A stretch of 63,383 bases of DNA, counting the filler, from Dicyema japonicum (Eukaryota > Animalia > Dicyemida), in the NCBI GenBank assembly GCA_011109175.1. It is 7 parts of 7 records of this genome, joined end to end, with 100 filler letters (N's around TTAATTAATTAA, not from the genome) between each part and the next. Parts side by side here need not be neighbours in the genome. Positions count along the whole stretch, not along the records: positions 59,545 to 63,383 come from RDEW01000057.1; 6 more parts are not named here. The stretch is one strand, 5' to 3'. Below, in pieces: positions 61,010-63,383 of the stretch (its first letter is position 1; every line of letters begins with the position of its first letter). Under the pieces are notes generated by a model. The model was not told the origin of the DNA, searched no databases, and saw only the letters and a program-made list of their open reading frames with translations. A program made the translations under genes and the position numbers.

Positions 61010-62024
61010 TACCGTATTTGTTGTGTATAAGTGACATTTTTCGATCAAAAATTGACCTCGACTTATACACCGAGTCATGAAATAAATTTGATTAAAAAAT
61101 GGAACATGTAGATCATTCAATCGAGAAAGCATTTACTGATCTGCAANATGTCTAAACAAATGAAATCTCTGCGAAGTTCAAACTGAAAGTTGTAAACTTT
61201 GCCGAAGAAACTAACAACTGTGCTGCCTCAAGAAGGTTTGGCGTAAATGAGAAACTAGTAAGAGATTAGAAACGCAATGTAACACAGCTAGCAGTGATGC
61301 CAAGAAACAAATGTGCTAATAGAGGGAAAAGCTGCCAGTGCCCAGCACTTGAACAAGAACTTGCATACTGGGTCGAGGAGCAACGAAAGTGTGAGTTCGT
61401 CGTCACAAGAAATATGATACGTCTGCGAGCTTTGGCTTGTCCCAAACAAAACAAGATTACCGATTTCAGAGGAACTANGTAAATGAGAAACTAGTAAGAG
61501 ATTAGAAACGCAATGTAACACAGCTAGCAGTGATGCCAAGAAACAAATGTGCTAATAGAGGGAAAAGCTGCCAGTACCCAGCACTTGAACAAGAACTTGC
61601 ATACTGGGTCGAGGAGCAACGAAAGTGTGAGTTCGTCGTCACAAGAAATATGATACGTCTGCGAGCTTTGGCTTATCCCAAACAAAGCAAGATTACCGAT
61701 TTCAGAGGAACTATAAGTTGGTGTTCACGATTTTTAAAGAAAAATGACTTTTTGCTACGACAAAGAACTACACTTGCTCATAAACTGCCTGAAGATTTAG
61801 AGAAAAAGATAACTCTTTTAATGGAACGAGCTTTTTGGAAATAGTGACGATGAAAACGGATTTTGAACTCTATGTAAGCACTTTATAATTCTAATTTAGT
61901 GTTTTTTAACTTAAAATAAATCACTTTCTAAAATTGTTCATTGTTGTTAGTCTCTCGGCACGTAATATCACAGGGTTACAAAGCGAATAGTAAGGGGTCG
62001 ACTTATACAGCGGCAAATACGGTA
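61010..62024 (+). mobile_element. pogo-family (POGK/Tc2-like) element with the DDE domain deleted
   Basis: TIRs TA|CCGTATTTGTTGTGTATAAGT and ACTTATACAGCGGCAAATACGG|TA; Brinker-type HTH (KFKLKVVNFAEETNNCAASRRFGV) and CENP-B HTH (LEQELAYWV..WCSRFLKKN..RQRTT). Internal 235-bp duplicate at n61478. Confidence 0.92.
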
Positions 62025-62149
62025 TGTTATATTTTAGGTTCCATGGTTATGTCTTGGTTGTGGTTAGAGATAGAAAATTAAAAGTGAATTTACGTTAGCA
62101 CGTACTGGCGTATTATGTCACGTGCACAACGCGCAACAAATCATGTGTC

Positions 62150-62990
62150 AATTAATGTCATGAACAATACTTTCAAGTACCAACAGGCATAATAAATTTC
62201 GTTTTCTACAAAAAGCAAGAAATTTCATGATGATCAACGACAAAATGTATCTGAAAGATCAGAATGGAAATCACAAGCTTGTCAATTGCATGGACAATCA
62301 GATGGATGTTTTAACCTCAGCAATAAACACTACTTCTACATTAAAAGAAGTGTTATCCGCAGAGTAATTAATTCCTGTGAAATCTGTAAGTTTTCTACTT
62401 TTTTAAAAGTTTGTTTTTTGGTAATATTTTAATAGATAAGTGATGAAGAACATCAAATCATTAAGTTAAAACAAAATGAAAGGTTTAAACTAGATCTTAT
62501 TGATCTGAAAATAATTTATTCTGTCAACGATGAATACAAATAGATGCTCACTGTAATTGATGCATATTCAAAATGTAGGAAATGTTATTAAACATTTAAA
62601 TAAAAAAACTAAGCGAAAATTAAATTAAGGCATCTGAATGGTCATGCTATTTCCCCTAACAATAGCCAACGAGATACGTTCTCGGAACCAACCAGTCTCT
62701 CGCGGATCCTTGGTCACAGCTTGAATCATGGAGCCGATCTTACGAACCAACTCATCTGCTTCAAAGTTGGCAATAACAAGAAAATTTAAAAACAAATCTG
62801 GTTTTGAAGTAAGATGCTTAAAATTATAGATTTAATTTAGGTTTCAATGGAATTAAAACGCATATTCTATGAATATGTGCCTTGTATGATTTTACAATTA
62901 GACAATGGTACAGAATTAAAAAATTCATAGAACGAATCAATTAAACCATTACACGGATTCTGTCAAAAACGATAGCAAAAAACACTAAAA
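62150..62990 (+). mobile_element. Second Ginger-type integrase copy (decayed, CRE-interrupted)
   Basis: KFRFLQKARNF..YFYIKRSVIRRVINSCEIC; ERFKLDLIDL; VIDAYSK; LQLDNGTELKN. Confidence 0.8.
62615..62760 (-). mobile_element. CRE-clade 3' end, near-identical to 31932-32040
   Basis: DELVRKIGSMIQAVTKDPRETGWFRERISLAIVRGNSMTIQMP*. Confidence 0.9.
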
Positions 62991-63047
62991 AATCTCGGAT
63001 TCAAATGTTACCTAGTGCCACTTATATGTATAACATAACTGTAGGTT

Positions 63048-63065
63048 TGACGAGTGACGCCGTCA
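63048..63065 (-). promoter_or_regulatory. TGACGGCGTCACTCGTCA motif (exact reverse-complement copy)
   Basis: tgacgagtgacgccgtca, lying inside a short ccacttat..ataagtgg inverted repeat. Confidence 0.5.
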
Positions 63066-63383
63066 TAAGTGGATAATCACTGCGGACCTGGATTGTCTAG
63101 AAAGGACACTCACACAAGAAAAAGAAAAAAAGAAGTGAAGATCATTCCTTGGTTTACGATTAGTTAAAATTAACTGTTCTTTACTTAAATAAAGTGTGTG
63201 TCCTGCCTTTGCGGAGCTATAAATACTATGGCCTCGTGAAAAGGCTTTTAAACAAACTGTACATTCGTCGAGCGACAGAACACCTTTTGAGATGTATATA
63301 AGCATTCCTAGTGTTAACTATGTTACACTAAATGATGGTTGGTTTTATTTTTTTAATAATTTGACATAGATTTGGAGAATGAT

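Overview
This window is AT-rich eukaryotic nuclear DNA, most likely from an animal with a miniaturised gene structure. Its spliceosomal introns are mostly 21-30 nt, and it carries a classical PEF-domain calpain and a DAZAP1-like gene. That combination is what is known for dicyemid mesozoans, but the taxon is an inference. The window is not one contiguous locus: at least 7 contigs are joined by artificial 100-nt spacers (44 N + TTAATTAATTAA + 44 N), and there is also a 190-N gap and several 'duplicate-n-duplicate' scaffolding artefacts. Host genes found by manual splicing are anamorsin/CIAPIN1, calpain, SYF1/XAB2, Yippee-like YPEL (absent from the ORF track), TTC27, CFAP20, DAZAP1-like, and an orphan with (PNTT)n repeats. 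Frameshifts in several of these are homopolymer-length errors. The rest is a dense, nested transposon graveyard: I/Jockey-group and RTE LINEs, ten CRE-clade (REL) fragments, Ginger-type integrases, pogo/Tigger, hAT and Merlin. The most interesting signals are: (1) a dispersed ~300-bp repeat family containing a 62-nt segment that folds with HDV-ribozyme topology but has a non-canonical core; (2) G/C skew that flips inside single genes; (3) an 18-bp TGACG motif recurring on three contigs; (4) three CCACGTGGGT motifs exactly 84 bp apart; (5) a LINE family whose APE endonuclease has Gly at a conserved Asp position; (6) operon-like gene packing with unpaired splice acceptors.
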